Shown here: piece by piece, positions 38,756 through 47,145 of the stretch
How positions within the stretch are numbered: the stretch's first letter is position 1
How the letters are laid out: the number at the start of each line of letters is the position of its first letter
Virus record (IMG/VR): IMGVR_UViG_3300032092_000031
Location: 1 to 60,054 of that record
Reading direction: 5' to 3' (one strand)
Origin: a virus
Lineage: Duplodnaviria > Caudoviricetes
DNA: 60,054 nt
The notes under the pieces: model-generated
What the model was told of the DNA's origin: nothing
Databases searched by the model: none
What the model saw: the letters and a program-made list of their open reading frames with translations, nothing else
Position numbers and translations under genes: made by a program

Positions 38756-39382
38756 ATGAGAGTACTTGTGGCTTGTGAAGAAAGCCAAACAATAACAAAA
38801 GAATTTAGAGCATTGGGTCATGAGGCGTACTCATGCGACATACTTGATTGTAGTGGCGGACATCCTGAATGGCATCTTAAAGGAGACGTGTTTAGTTTTG
38901 TGGATAGAGATTGGGACTTAATGATTGCTCATCCGCCATGCACATACCTTTCAGTAAGCGGTGCTAGGTGGCTGTATAATAAAGACGGAACTGCTAATAG
39001 AGATAGATATACGCAGAGAGATTTAGCAATAGGTTTCGTAAGTGATTTGATGAATGTCAATATACATAGAATAGCCATAGAGAATCCGGTATCGGTAATC
39101 TCTACACTAATTAGAAAGCCTGACCAAATTATACAGCCATGGATGTTCGGAGATGAGGCAACTAAGACCACTTGTCTTTGGCTCAAAAACCTACCAAAAC
39201 TAGAGCCTACAAATATTGTAGGTAAAGGTGAGCGAACTATATTTAAGTCCGGAAAATCGCATCCTAAATGGTATGCAGATGCATTAGCAAATGCTAAGAC
39301 GGCAGCAGAAAGAAGAACATTAAGAAGTAAAACATTTACAGGCATAGCAAAAGCTATCGCTCAACAATGGGGACAATTTTAA
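38756..39382 (+). CDS. DNA (cytosine-5) methyltransferase, phage type
   Basis: Variant motif I VLVACEES, catalytic AHPPCT, motif VI IENPV, TKTTCLWL, terminal RSKTF.GIA.A.A.QW. Confidence 0.8.
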   Translation: MRVLVACEESQTITKEFRALGHEAYSCDILDCSGGHPEWHLKGDVFSFVDRDWDLMIAHPPCTYLSVSGARWLYNKDGTANRDRYTQRDLAIGFVSDLMNVNIHRIAIENPVSVISTLIRKPDQIIQPWMFGDEATKTTCLWLKNLPKLEPTNIVGKGERTIFKSGKSHPKWYADALANAKTAAERRTLRSKTFTGIAKAIAQQWGQF

Positions 39383-39393
39383 CATTTAAAACT

Positions 39394-39407
39394 TTGCTAT
39401 TTAGCAA
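39394..39407. promoter_or_regulatory. Palindromic operator TTGCTATTTAGCAA over a -33 TTTG
   Basis: Intergenic; TTTG 39393-39396, then TAATTTTA at 39416. Confidence 0.5.
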
Positions 39408-39422
39408 TTAATATTTAATTTT

Positions 39423-39722
39423 ATGAGTAAGTTATATGATGGACCACAAGAGGATATGTTAGACGCTGATTACGTATATGATGAGTGGGTAAAAGATAAT
39501 TTCTTTAATCATGTATTTGATTTTGCAAGAGAGCACTACTTCGATAAGTATGAGATTGATTATTGTATCGAGTTGAGGAGTATATTATCGGGTAAAGATT
39601 CTGAATTACTAAAACATATAACCGTAGAAGAGGCTGATTATCAATTCAATGAGAAGATGACATACATATTATCTACATCTATTATATCTTACACTATTAA
39701 AAATAAAAACAATGGAAGATAA
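39423..39722 (+). CDS. Hypothetical protein
   Basis: 99 aa ORF. Confidence 0.6.
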   Translation: MSKLYDGPQEDMLDADYVYDEWVKDNFFNHVFDFAREHYFDKYEIDYCIELRSILSGKDSELLKHITVEEADYQFNEKMTYILSTSIISYTIKNKNNGR

Positions 39723-39918
39723 ATTTCAAGACTTAACGCCACTAGAAAGACAAATGGAGATGGCTAGACTGTATCATTACTTGTGGTATAACGACGACAT
39801 ATACAAGAAGTTTAAACTGTTTATGAATGACGCCTTAATGTTAAACAAAAGGTCATTTAAGATTATGTCATACGAAGAAAATATAGAAAATGAAATTACC
39901 CAAGACGATAATAATTGA
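39712..39918 (+). CDS. Hypothetical protein
   Basis: 68 aa, overlaps the upstream stop. Confidence 0.6.
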   Translation: MEDKFQDLTPLERQMEMARLYHYLWYNDDIYKKFKLFMNDALMLNKRSFKIMSYEENIENEITQDDNN

Positions 39919-39985
39919 TGTAATTGTATGGTATATAATACTCATGCAACTCTATTACCATATTAAGTATAGAGATAAGAGATAG

Positions 39986-40137
39986 GGATAGTAGGAGGAC
40001 ATAACGCTTGTGCTATATCCTCGTGGCTGCGGTAGACACAGCATTCTTGACATTGGGTTTCCATCTATCCGAAAGTTATAATCCCCATAAAGAATGCAGA
40101 GGGGCTTATGGTTGTGCCAGAACAACCAACTTTTTTT
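39986..40137 (+). ncRNA. Putative small structured RNA ending in a terminator
   Basis: GC-richer intergenic; GCATTCTT/AAGAATGC, GGATAG/CTATCC, GAGGA/TCCTC; TGGTTGT/ACAACCA + T7. Confidence 0.4.
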
Positions 40138-40154
40138 AACTAATAACTATATAT

Positions 40155-40382
40155 ATGAAAAAAATTGTAGGGTATTTATTATGGGCTGTTTTACTTGTGT
40201 TCCTTGTTATAGCTAGGATTCAGGTAAACGATTTAAGGGAACAGAATTCAGACATGTCTAAGGAGTTATTCCATACGCAAGTACTTATATCTAGGTACGC
40301 ACATGGTTTAGAATACCTGGAACTTATTGAACCGAAGGTACATTATAGGGTTATGGAATACATCAGTAATGAAACAGAGTAA
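40155..40382 (+). CDS. Small membrane-anchored protein
   Basis: N-terminal hydrophobic helix, 75 aa. Confidence 0.6.
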   Translation: MKKIVGYLLWAVLLVFLVIARIQVNDLREQNSDMSKELFHTQVLISRYAHGLEYLELIEPKVHYRVMEYISNETE

Positions 40383-40384
40383 TC

Positions 40385-41113
40385 ATGAAAAGAATCATAA
40401 ATTTTAGTGGCGGTAGAACATCTGCATTGATGACCATACAGAATTATAGGGAAGGAGATATTGTTCTGTTTACCGACACTATGAGAGAACACGAAGGAAC
40501 TTATAAGTTTATAGATGACTTCGAAAAGAATGAAGGTATACCTGTTACTAGGATTAGTTACGAAGGTGGGTTTACTGGCATGCTAGATAAGAAGGGTTTC
40601 CGTCAGATACCAAATAGAGTAAAGAGAATATGTACTGTTGAATTAAAGATACGTACTGCAAAGAGGTATATACGTAAGATGTATGGAAAGCAAGACTATG
40701 AGTGGCTTGTAGGATTTAGAGCTGATGAAGAAAGAAGAGTGAAGTCATACAATCCAGGAGTTAAATACATTAAACCTATGTTCCCTCTTTATGATAACGG
40801 AACAACAAAGGAAATGGTGATAGACTATTGGAAGAATAAGCCATATGATTTATCTATACCATCTATTCTAGGTAACTGTACTCTATGCTTTCTTAAAGGC
40901 AAGAACGTTTTGATAAGCATTATGAGGGACTATCCCGAGTTAGCTAAGGAGTGGATAAGAGACGAAGAGATGTCTGCTAAAGCAGGAACTAACAGAACAT
41001 ACTTTCAGGATACTACCTACAAAGAGTTGTTTAATATATCGCAATCAGATTTATTCAAAAAGCAAGACCTATCAAACTTGTCACCGGCATACGATTGCTC
41101 TTGCACAAACTAA
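40385..41113 (+). CDS. PAPS reductase-family (PP-loop) protein with Cys cluster
   Basis: NFSGGRTS PP-loop, RICT.ELK, GFRADE..R, FPL, GNCTLCFLK, C-terminal CSC. Confidence 0.8.
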   Translation: MKRIINFSGGRTSALMTIQNYREGDIVLFTDTMREHEGTYKFIDDFEKNEGIPVTRISYEGGFTGMLDKKGFRQIPNRVKRICTVELKIRTAKRYIRKMYGKQDYEWLVGFRADEERRVKSYNPGVKYIKPMFPLYDNGTTKEMVIDYWKNKPYDLSIPSILGNCTLCFLKGKNVLISIMRDYPELAKEWIRDEEMSAKAGTNRTYFQDTTYKELFNISQSDLFKKQDLSNLSPAYDCSCTN

Positions 41114-41119
41114 AAACAT

Positions 41120-41263
41120 ATGATACAAGGATTCTTTATTGGGATTTTATTAATGGTTGTAATAGCTGTTATAGCTTGTTTATCAATGACTTACATTGTT
41201 GATAGGAAGATAAAAAAGATTAAGGATGAGGACTTTGGATTCGATGAACAAGATATATATTAA
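41120..41263 (+). CDS. 47-aa single-TM peptide
   Basis: Read by hand: MIQGFFIGILLMVVIAVIACLSMTYIVDRK... Confidence 0.5.
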   Translation: MIQGFFIGILLMVVIAVIACLSMTYIVDRKIKKIKDEDFGFDEQDIY

Positions 41264-41354
41264 TTATGAAAAGAGATGAACACGAGCCTTACCCTAGATT
41301 AATAATGTTTGGGTGGACAATGGTAATACTTTACATTATATTTATTATTTACAT

Positions 41355-41612
41355 ATGCAAAAGTTAGTAGACTATTTATTTAGGATTATAGCCTATCCGG
41401 CTGTACTGTTTATTATATTACTGAACGTTATTAGATTCATAGTAGTGTTTAGTGCTAGGTATTTTAAGTACGGCATGGAAGTATTAATCCATAAGCAGTT
41501 CGATAGAGAGACTATTAGAGAGTTATTAGATTTATTAAAAAGTTTTAATGATAAGCTAAATGAAGACAGTAAGACAGCACTTGATAGAGAAATTAACTCC
41601 GGAACTATATGA
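41355..41612 (+). CDS. Membrane protein
   Basis: Hydrophobic segment; ATG 41355 preferred over GTG 41313. Confidence 0.55.
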   Translation: MQKLVDYLFRIIAYPAVLFIILLNVIRFIVVFSARYFKYGMEVLIHKQFDRETIRELLDLLKSFNDKLNEDSKTALDREINSGTI

Positions 41613-41784
41613 GAAAGCTATGGCTAATGTTATTCACGAGTCAGGATTAGATATGGAGATGAAAACTCCGGCAGGAGCTGTTGCATCAGCATTTGTTTGG
41701 TCTTTGAGTAATGAGAAGTTTGAGTTTTGGGATAAGGTATTTGATGACCTTGTACAAGATGTGGATATCTATGTTAGGAAATAA
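41560..41784 (+). CDS. Small protein, AFxW...FW domain
   Basis: 74 aa; resembles the N-terminus of the 544-aa protein. Confidence 0.65.
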   Translation: MKTVRQHLIEKLTPELYEKAMANVIHESGLDMEMKTPAGAVASAFVWSLSNEKFEFWDKVFDDLVQDVDIYVRK

Positions 41785-41806
41785 TTGTAATTATCAAAAA
41801 ATTATA

Positions 41807-41814
41807 TACCTTTG
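41807..41814 (+). promoter_or_regulatory. -7 promoter element TACCTTTG
   Basis: ATTG at 41784-41787, 19 nt upstream. Confidence 0.65.
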
Positions 41815-41884
41815 TATCCTCATCAAAGAGATTGGAAGCTCGTAGATGATTCTTACTCAGTGACTTGTTAATAGACATAGCTTA

Positions 41885-41931
41885 AAAAGAATCCCCACCC
41901 GTCTTCCAACCAGAGGTGGGGTTTTTCTTTT
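41885..41931 (+). terminator. Terminator/attenuator with large loop
   Basis: CCCCACC/GGTGGGG stem + TTTTTCTTTT; loop contains CTTCCAA. Confidence 0.75.
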
Positions 41932-41939
41932 AGGTCTTA

Positions 41940-42236
41940 ACAGCGTTTCAATCCTAATCTGCAAGTAACAAATCAGATAAATGAAAGTTTACAGTTCTTA
42001 TCATTTAACGAATTAGATTTTGCGAAATACGTTTGGCTAATTCGGAGATATAAGTAGTAGTAAAAGTGGTAGCAATGTCTTCCTGGTTGACAACTGCCGA
42101 CAAGCAAAGGTTCTTAAAAACTACTACTCCCTTTGATATAGGGATATGATGTTGAGCTATGAAGCCACTAGTTACATATATAGAGTGGTAGAAGATTCAA
42201 GTTTAGGCTAGTACCCTTTTGCTTGGATATAGAACC
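41940..42236 (+). ncRNA. Putative structured non-coding RNA
   Basis: ORF-free; CGAATTAG/CTAATTCG, AGTAGTAG/CTACTACT, CAAGCAAA/TTTGCTTG and several shorter stems. Confidence 0.45.
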
Positions 42237-42282
42237 AGACATGCACATATATTATGAAAACAATAATAATAACAATAATAGT

Positions 42283-42453
42283 ATGGGAGATAGTAAGAAG
42301 AACACTAGGAAAACTAATCCTAAAATACATGAACGAAAGATAGCAATAGCTTTCTTTACACTAGGAATAGTGGCTTATGTAGGTCTTTTTATTATGGGTA
42401 TCATACAAAAACTAAAACAAATAATCTATGAAAGTATCAGTATTCAAGAATAG
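42283..42453 (+). CDS. Small membrane protein (start uncertain)
   Basis: IAIAFFTLGIVAYVGLFIMGII TM segment. Confidence 0.4.
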   Translation: MGDSKKNTRKTNPKIHERKIAIAFFTLGIVAYVGLFIMGIIQKLKQIIYESISIQE

Positions 42454-42550
42454 ATTCTACTTTGCACTAACCCCATCTATAAATATATACACATGGTGGT
42501 TACTAGAAATAAGTTGGTTAAACATTACTATAAACATTAGAAGATAACAT

Positions 42551-42787
42551 ATGAAAACAGCATTACAAGATTTCATTGAACGTCTAAATTATGCTAGAGA
42601 CTTCAACACAATGATACCTGGAATAATAAAAGTAGCAGAGAGTCTATTGGAAAAAGAAAAAGAGCAGATAGTAGAAGCCTATGATAAAGGTTACAAAGCA
42701 TGTGATTTAGATGAGGCATTGGAAATAAATAAAACAATGTTTAGCGGAGAAAGATATTATGAACAAACCTATAACCAAAATAAATGA
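42551..42787 (+). CDS. Small phage protein (MKTA...EKEQI.EAY family)
   Basis: 78 aa; LLEKEKEQIVEAY motif. Confidence 0.7.
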   Translation: MKTALQDFIERLNYARDFNTMIPGIIKVAESLLEKEKEQIVEAYDKGYKACDLDEALEINKTMFSGERYYEQTYNQNK

Positions 42788-43419
42788 AATTAAACTCAAG
42801 TATATCAAGTTTTAAGGCTCTAGTAAAGAAGTCCTATTTTACAAAGGATGCTTATGATGATGATGAATATTACAATGTCTACGTGTTTGGCATACAGTCA
42901 TGTGGTGGTAAGATACTTACGTTCCATGTCATTACTGATTCAGGTATGTTAAGAAGTAGAGTACCTATATCAGAGATATACACACATATACCAACCAATG
43001 ATATTCCATTCAACTATAAGCAGCTATGGGATTGTTTTAGCGAGAATGTAGCTATTACAGAGTACGACTTCCTAGCGTTCCATAGAGCACAGGTAGTCCT
43101 AAGAGACGGAAGCAAGGTATGGGCTACGTATATGTTTACTGTTGATTGGTATAACAACCCGTATAGTGATGAACCTTCCGACTATAAGTGCGGTCATATA
43201 ATGGCATCAGATGACGGCTACCTACTATGTATGCCTAATAATAGAATATTCTGGAAGGACTCTAACTTCGTAACCAAGCCACTACCTGAAGACCTAAAAC
43301 AGTTTAAGGTGGATACTGAATTACTTTCAGTAGAAAACAAGTCGGATAGATGGGTGGCAGAGGATACTAATTCATTTTATTACGACATAATAGAACAACA
43401 TGAAAAAACCAGTACATAA
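42784..43419 (+). CDS. Conserved phage hypothetical protein
   Basis: QLWDCFS, YMFTVDW, KCGH, PNNRI motifs. Confidence 0.75.
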   Translation: MKLNSSISSFKALVKKSYFTKDAYDDDEYYNVYVFGIQSCGGKILTFHVITDSGMLRSRVPISEIYTHIPTNDIPFNYKQLWDCFSENVAITEYDFLAFHRAQVVLRDGSKVWATYMFTVDWYNNPYSDEPSDYKCGHIMASDDGYLLCMPNNRIFWKDSNFVTKPLPEDLKQFKVDTELLSVENKSDRWVAEDTNSFYYDIIEQHEKTST

Positions 43420-43792
43420 GTACAACGGAGGTGCAGGAGCAACACTTTGCCATCATTGTAAGGTCATAATAAATACCGGACTAACTGATGATATTTATTG
43501 TAAGGACTGTGCAGATAATAAGGTTGTATACCACAATAGGTATAGAGACAAGATAATCTTTGAGCATATCGGGAATGAGGTTATTATGAAAGGAGGAACA
43601 TGGATGCGGTATGGCATAGCAGACGATACTAGTATTGACATGGTAGACCCATCAGGAGGACCTTATATAATCATAGGGGATAACCTATCGAAGTTCTGGC
43701 CAAGAGGAGAATACCAAGACCTTATAGTAGAATCCATTACATTAAGAAATGGAGAAAACGAAACCACTGACGTAATATTTAAAATCAAATAA
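43400..43792 (+). CDS. Hypothetical protein with N-terminal Zn finger
   Basis: KYNGG.GATLCHHC...CKDC; VDPSGGPY. Confidence 0.7.
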   Translation: MKKPVHKYNGGAGATLCHHCKVIINTGLTDDIYCKDCADNKVVYHNRYRDKIIFEHIGNEVIMKGGTWMRYGIADDTSIDMVDPSGGPYIIIGDNLSKFWPRGEYQDLIVESITLRNGENETTDVIFKIK

Positions 43793-44026
43793 ATGATAAC
43801 ACCAATACAAGCTGTATTAACAGCTAAATCTTCCATGAATCAGAATGACTTTGACTCGTGGCTAGTTGACAATTATGCAAGGTTACTAGCCGATGAGAAG
43901 ACCTTGATTCACGATTCCATGATGTACGCATTCGATGAAGATGGGCATACCGGGCCCTGGAAGAGATTAGTCATAGACAAGTACTATAATGATAGGTATA
44001 TGAATGTTTCACTATCATCAAAATAA
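43793..44026 (+). CDS. Hypothetical protein
   Basis: 77 aa; distantly like 42551-42787. Confidence 0.6.
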   Translation: MITPIQAVLTAKSSMNQNDFDSWLVDNYARLLADEKTLIHDSMMYAFDEDGHTGPWKRLVIDKYYNDRYMNVSLSSK

Positions 44027-44027
44027 A

Positions 44028-44059
44028 TTTGCTAATTAGCAATACTAGAATTACCTTTG
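44028..44059 (+). promoter_or_regulatory. Bacteroidota promoter (-33 TTTG, -7 TACCTTTG) overlapped by perfect palindrome TTGCTAATTAGCAA
   Basis: TTTG 44028-44031, 20-nt spacer, TACCTTTG 44052-44059; palindrome 44029-44042. Confidence 0.75.
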
Positions 44060-44072
44060 TTAAAACGATTAG

Positions 44073-44591
44073 ATGAAGAATGATTATTTACAGAACACGG
44101 AACTAAGTATAGATACTGTTATTTACAAGAGAAGATTGGAAGCTAGGCTTATTGCTGAATTTAAGCTAGAATTCAAAGAAAAGATTGGTTATGAGCCACA
44201 TGTTTTAACAATGATGGATGACAACTCTGACGTACCAAATATCCCACTGTTAACGCTCAGGGATACCATAGACGATATTCTATTAGAAATGTATGGGGAT
44301 AGGCTGTTTATACATGATATAGCTAGGCTTAGAAACCGTTCAAGGAAAATAGAATTAGTCAACATGAGGTTCATATATTTCAAGCTGGCTAGATTATTAG
44401 GGCACACACTAGATAGCATCGGAGATACGATGGCTACACTAAAATATCCTAGATACGACCATACAACTATTAGATACGGCATTGAGCAATTTGATAATCT
44501 AGTAGTTAGAGATGAGTCTTTTAAGGAATTATACTTAGACGTAATAAAAAGAATCAAACAAAAATATTCAAAAAATGATATCGACACCTGA
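44073..44591 (+). CDS. Protein with DnaA domain IV-like (Bac_DnaA_C) HTH
   Basis: RSRK.ELV..R...FKLAR...TL..IG...DHTTIRYG signature. Confidence 0.7.
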   Translation: MKNDYLQNTELSIDTVIYKRRLEARLIAEFKLEFKEKIGYEPHVLTMMDDNSDVPNIPLLTLRDTIDDILLEMYGDRLFIHDIARLRNRSRKIELVNMRFIYFKLARLLGHTLDSIGDTMATLKYPRYDHTTIRYGIEQFDNLVVRDESFKELYLDVIKRIKQKYSKNDIDT

Positions 44592-44820
44592 ACAAACAGC
44601 TAACAACATTATGATGGAAGTTAGTAAGATAGTAAGAATAGGTATATGGGCATGCGTTCCAACACACCTACATCTTGTTCCTGAAATACATTCAGATAGG
44701 GCTGTTAAAGAAACAAGTATCCTAATGGTTGACAACATTATAGATGAGTTATCCCAAGAAGGAGTAACACCTAGAGTTCAACACTTCATTGATGTTAAAA
44801 AGATACTAGAAAACAAATAA
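44575..44820 (+). CDS. Hypothetical protein
   Basis: 81 aa, overlapping operon spacing. Confidence 0.6.
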   Translation: MISTPEQTANNIMMEVSKIVRIGIWACVPTHLHLVPEIHSDRAVKETSILMVDNIIDELSQEGVTPRVQHFIDVKKILENK

Positions 44821-44830
44821 AACATAAACT

Positions 44831-45124
44831 ATGAAAGAAATCATGATTAAAGACTTGTCAACGGGCTCTTACGAGCACGAGTTTAATATTTCAGAAGATA
44901 AGGAACTATGGACATCAGATGATAAACTATGGACAACTACTGCTAGAAACAAAAGAGTAATGTCAGTAGACGACAACGGAAATGGATATGCTATTAAGAT
45001 GCACGACAACGGTAAGCTTCTTTTATTAGGATACGCAGAGGCTGTTCAGTTATATATCATGTTATCAGAATTTATGGATGTTAAGATAGATTTCGTAGAG
45101 AAGACCGTTGTAAAAAGTATTTAA
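44831..45124 (+). CDS. Hypothetical protein
   Basis: 97 aa. Confidence 0.65.
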   Translation: MKEIMIKDLSTGSYEHEFNISEDKELWTSDDKLWTTTARNKRVMSVDDNGNGYAIKMHDNGKLLLLGYAEAVQLYIMLSEFMDVKIDFVEKTVVKSI

Positions 45125-45142
45125 AAATTAAAACAAAGTAAA

Positions 45143-45781
45143 ATGGTATATGGAATATCGGGATATGCTGGCTCAGGTAAAGATGAGGTTGCTAGCATGA
45201 TACAAAAGATTCAGCCTGATAAAGATTGGCAAGTAAAAAAGTTTGCAGGAAAATTAAAAACTGTTGCTTCTACTCTGACGGGTATACCTGAAAAGAATTT
45301 TGAAGACCAAGATTTTAAAAATACAATGCTAGGTAACGAGTGGGCAAATAGAAGAGGTAGCCATACGCAAATGAGCGTAAGAGAGTTCCTTCAAATATTA
45401 GGAACTGAAGCTATTAGAATAGGTCTACATAGAAATGCTTGGGTAAATGCCCTCATGTGTGATTATAAGACCGAACAAGGCATAGATATACTAGACGATG
45501 GCAATATGAAGATGTGGTTTAAAGATGTCCCTAATTGGCTTATAACTGACTGTAGATTCAATAATGAAGCCATAGCTATTAAGGAAAGAGGAGGTATCAT
45601 AATTAGAGTTAATAGGCCAGGTGTATTTCCTGTAAATAATCATCCTTCTGAGGTTGATTTAGATAGATGGAACTTCGATGCAGTGATTAATAATGACGGA
45701 AACCTAAACGATTTATATACAAAAGTTAAAAACATACTAGAAAATGAAAACATTATCCCAAGAGCAGATAGCTCTAATTAA
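45143..45781 (+). CDS. Deoxynucleoside monophosphate kinase (T4 gp1-like)
   Basis: GISGYAGSGKD P-loop, FAGKLK, REFLQILGTE, ITDCRF.NE, HPSE. Confidence 0.88.
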   Translation: MVYGISGYAGSGKDEVASMIQKIQPDKDWQVKKFAGKLKTVASTLTGIPEKNFEDQDFKNTMLGNEWANRRGSHTQMSVREFLQILGTEAIRIGLHRNAWVNALMCDYKTEQGIDILDDGNMKMWFKDVPNWLITDCRFNNEAIAIKERGGIIIRVNRPGVFPVNNHPSEVDLDRWNFDAVINNDGNLNDLYTKVKNILENENIIPRADSSN

Positions 45782-46334
45782 AAAACCGCTTCCTAAAGAA
45801 GCCGTTATGCCGCACCCTAGTAAGCAAAACTTATCTACTATTAAAGCTATCTATGTAACAGAAAGATTTAATGATGTTTTCGGTATTGGTGGTTGGACAA
45901 TTAAAACTGATTTAATCGACAATCCGCTTGCACTAGTAAAGAATATAAAGATAACGAAGGCTGGCGCTGAACGTACCGAGTATACGGCACTAATGAAAAC
46001 AAAGTTTGAGGCCGCAGAGTATGGCATATACTATGAGTGCGTAGCCTCATCTACTAATGATGATATTGGAGACGCTAGTAAAGGTGCGGCAACCGATGCT
46101 ATCACTAAAATAGCTTCTTACATAGGTATCGGAATTGATGTATTCAAGGGTCAACACGATAAGGCTCTTGTAGATTATTCTAACAACCTTTTCACTGACG
46201 ACATTAAATCTTCTATAGATAAATGTAAAACGAAAGAAGAGGTCATAGCACTATCTAAAAAGATGAGCGATGACGTAAAGAGTAATAAGGAGTTTAGATT
46301 GTACGTAACTAAAAAATTAGAATCATGCAAGTAG
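45744..46334 (+). CDS. Rad52/Sak-like ssDNA annealing protein
   Basis: YVTERFNDVFGIGGW and DASKGAATDAITK..SYIGIG. Confidence 0.75.
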   Translation: MKTLSQEQIALIKKPLPKEAVMPHPSKQNLSTIKAIYVTERFNDVFGIGGWTIKTDLIDNPLALVKNIKITKAGAERTEYTALMKTKFEAAEYGIYYECVASSTNDDIGDASKGAATDAITKIASYIGIGIDVFKGQHDKALVDYSNNLFTDDIKSSIDKCKTKEEVIALSKKMSDDVKSNKEFRLYVTKKLESCK

Positions 46335-47098
46335 ATTTAGAGTTTTTGAAGAGCAGGCCACTTAGCTTTTCTTCAATCAAAGAGTTTGATAAAAGTCCGG
46401 CTCACTATGTACATTACATCAACTCTAAAAGAGAGCCATCAGATGTAATGAGATTCGGAAGCCTGGTGCATGCCCACATACTAGAACCTGATACAGTTGA
46501 ATCTAGATTCTTTGCCATGCCGGATGTAGACAGAAGAACATCGGAAGGTAAGGCTAAATGGAAAGAGGCAGAAGAGATGTCTCAGGGTAAAGAGATTGTA
46601 ACATCTGCTCAATGGAGTAATGCAAAATCAATGATTGATGTAATGAATCAGTCAACTGAATTTACTGATATTATTTCTAAGCTAACCCATAAGGAAAGAA
46701 AGTTTGAGTACGAACTATCAGGACTGCCTTTTACTGGCTACATTGATGGAGAGGCGGATGACTTTTTCCTAGAAGTAAAGACTATTGATGATGCTTCTTA
46801 TAGCAATATTCAAAAGAGATTCGCAGACCTTAAATATCATTGGCAAGCAGGCCTATATAGCGAGGTAACAGGTAAGAAATGCTTGTATCTAATCATTCAG
46901 ACAGGTTCTGTATTTGATTTTGGATTCATGATTCCTGACCAAGAGTTTATCGAGTTAGGTAAATATGCCGTTAAAAAGGCTGCTAATGACTTCTTAGGCT
47001 GTATGATAGCAGATGGCTTCAATGTGGGCATAGATTGGAAGGTAAACAATGAAAATACCTTGTCTCTTCCAGGTTGGATGATAAAAGTTAATAACTAG
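46325..47098 (+). CDS. PD-(D/E)XK exonuclease (RecE/ExoVIII C-terminal, DUF3799-like)
   Basis: LSFSSIKEF..SPAHY, FGSLVH..ILEP, GYID...EVKT, YHWQAGLY. Confidence 0.8.
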   Translation: MQVDLEFLKSRPLSFSSIKEFDKSPAHYVHYINSKREPSDVMRFGSLVHAHILEPDTVESRFFAMPDVDRRTSEGKAKWKEAEEMSQGKEIVTSAQWSNAKSMIDVMNQSTEFTDIISKLTHKERKFEYELSGLPFTGYIDGEADDFFLEVKTIDDASYSNIQKRFADLKYHWQAGLYSEVTGKKCLYLIIQTGSVFDFGFMIPDQEFIELGKYAVKKAANDFLGCMIADGFNVGIDWKVNNENTLSLPGWMIKVNN

Positions 47099-47122
47099 TG
47101 GATAAATTGCTAAAAAACATTG

Positions 47123-47130
47123 TATATTTG
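47123..47130 (+). promoter_or_regulatory. -7 promoter element TATATTTG
   Basis: Intergenic, with half-operator TTGCTA at 47107. Confidence 0.55.
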
Positions 47131-47145
47131 CAATAAATATATTGA

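Noticed and set aside
40010-40040. HDV-like/theta ribozyme suggested by TCCTCG
   Set aside because: The required 3-bp P3 around the loop and the P1/P1.1 partners do not form
42258-42281. AAT/AAC microsatellite (poly-Asn in track ORF)
   Set aside because: Short and low complexity; reads as an ordinary MKTIIITII peptide in another frame
47097-47105. DnaA box-like AGTGGATAA (also near 40950, 48230)
   Set aside because: Isolated one-mismatch hits, expected by chance in AT-rich DNA; no cluster
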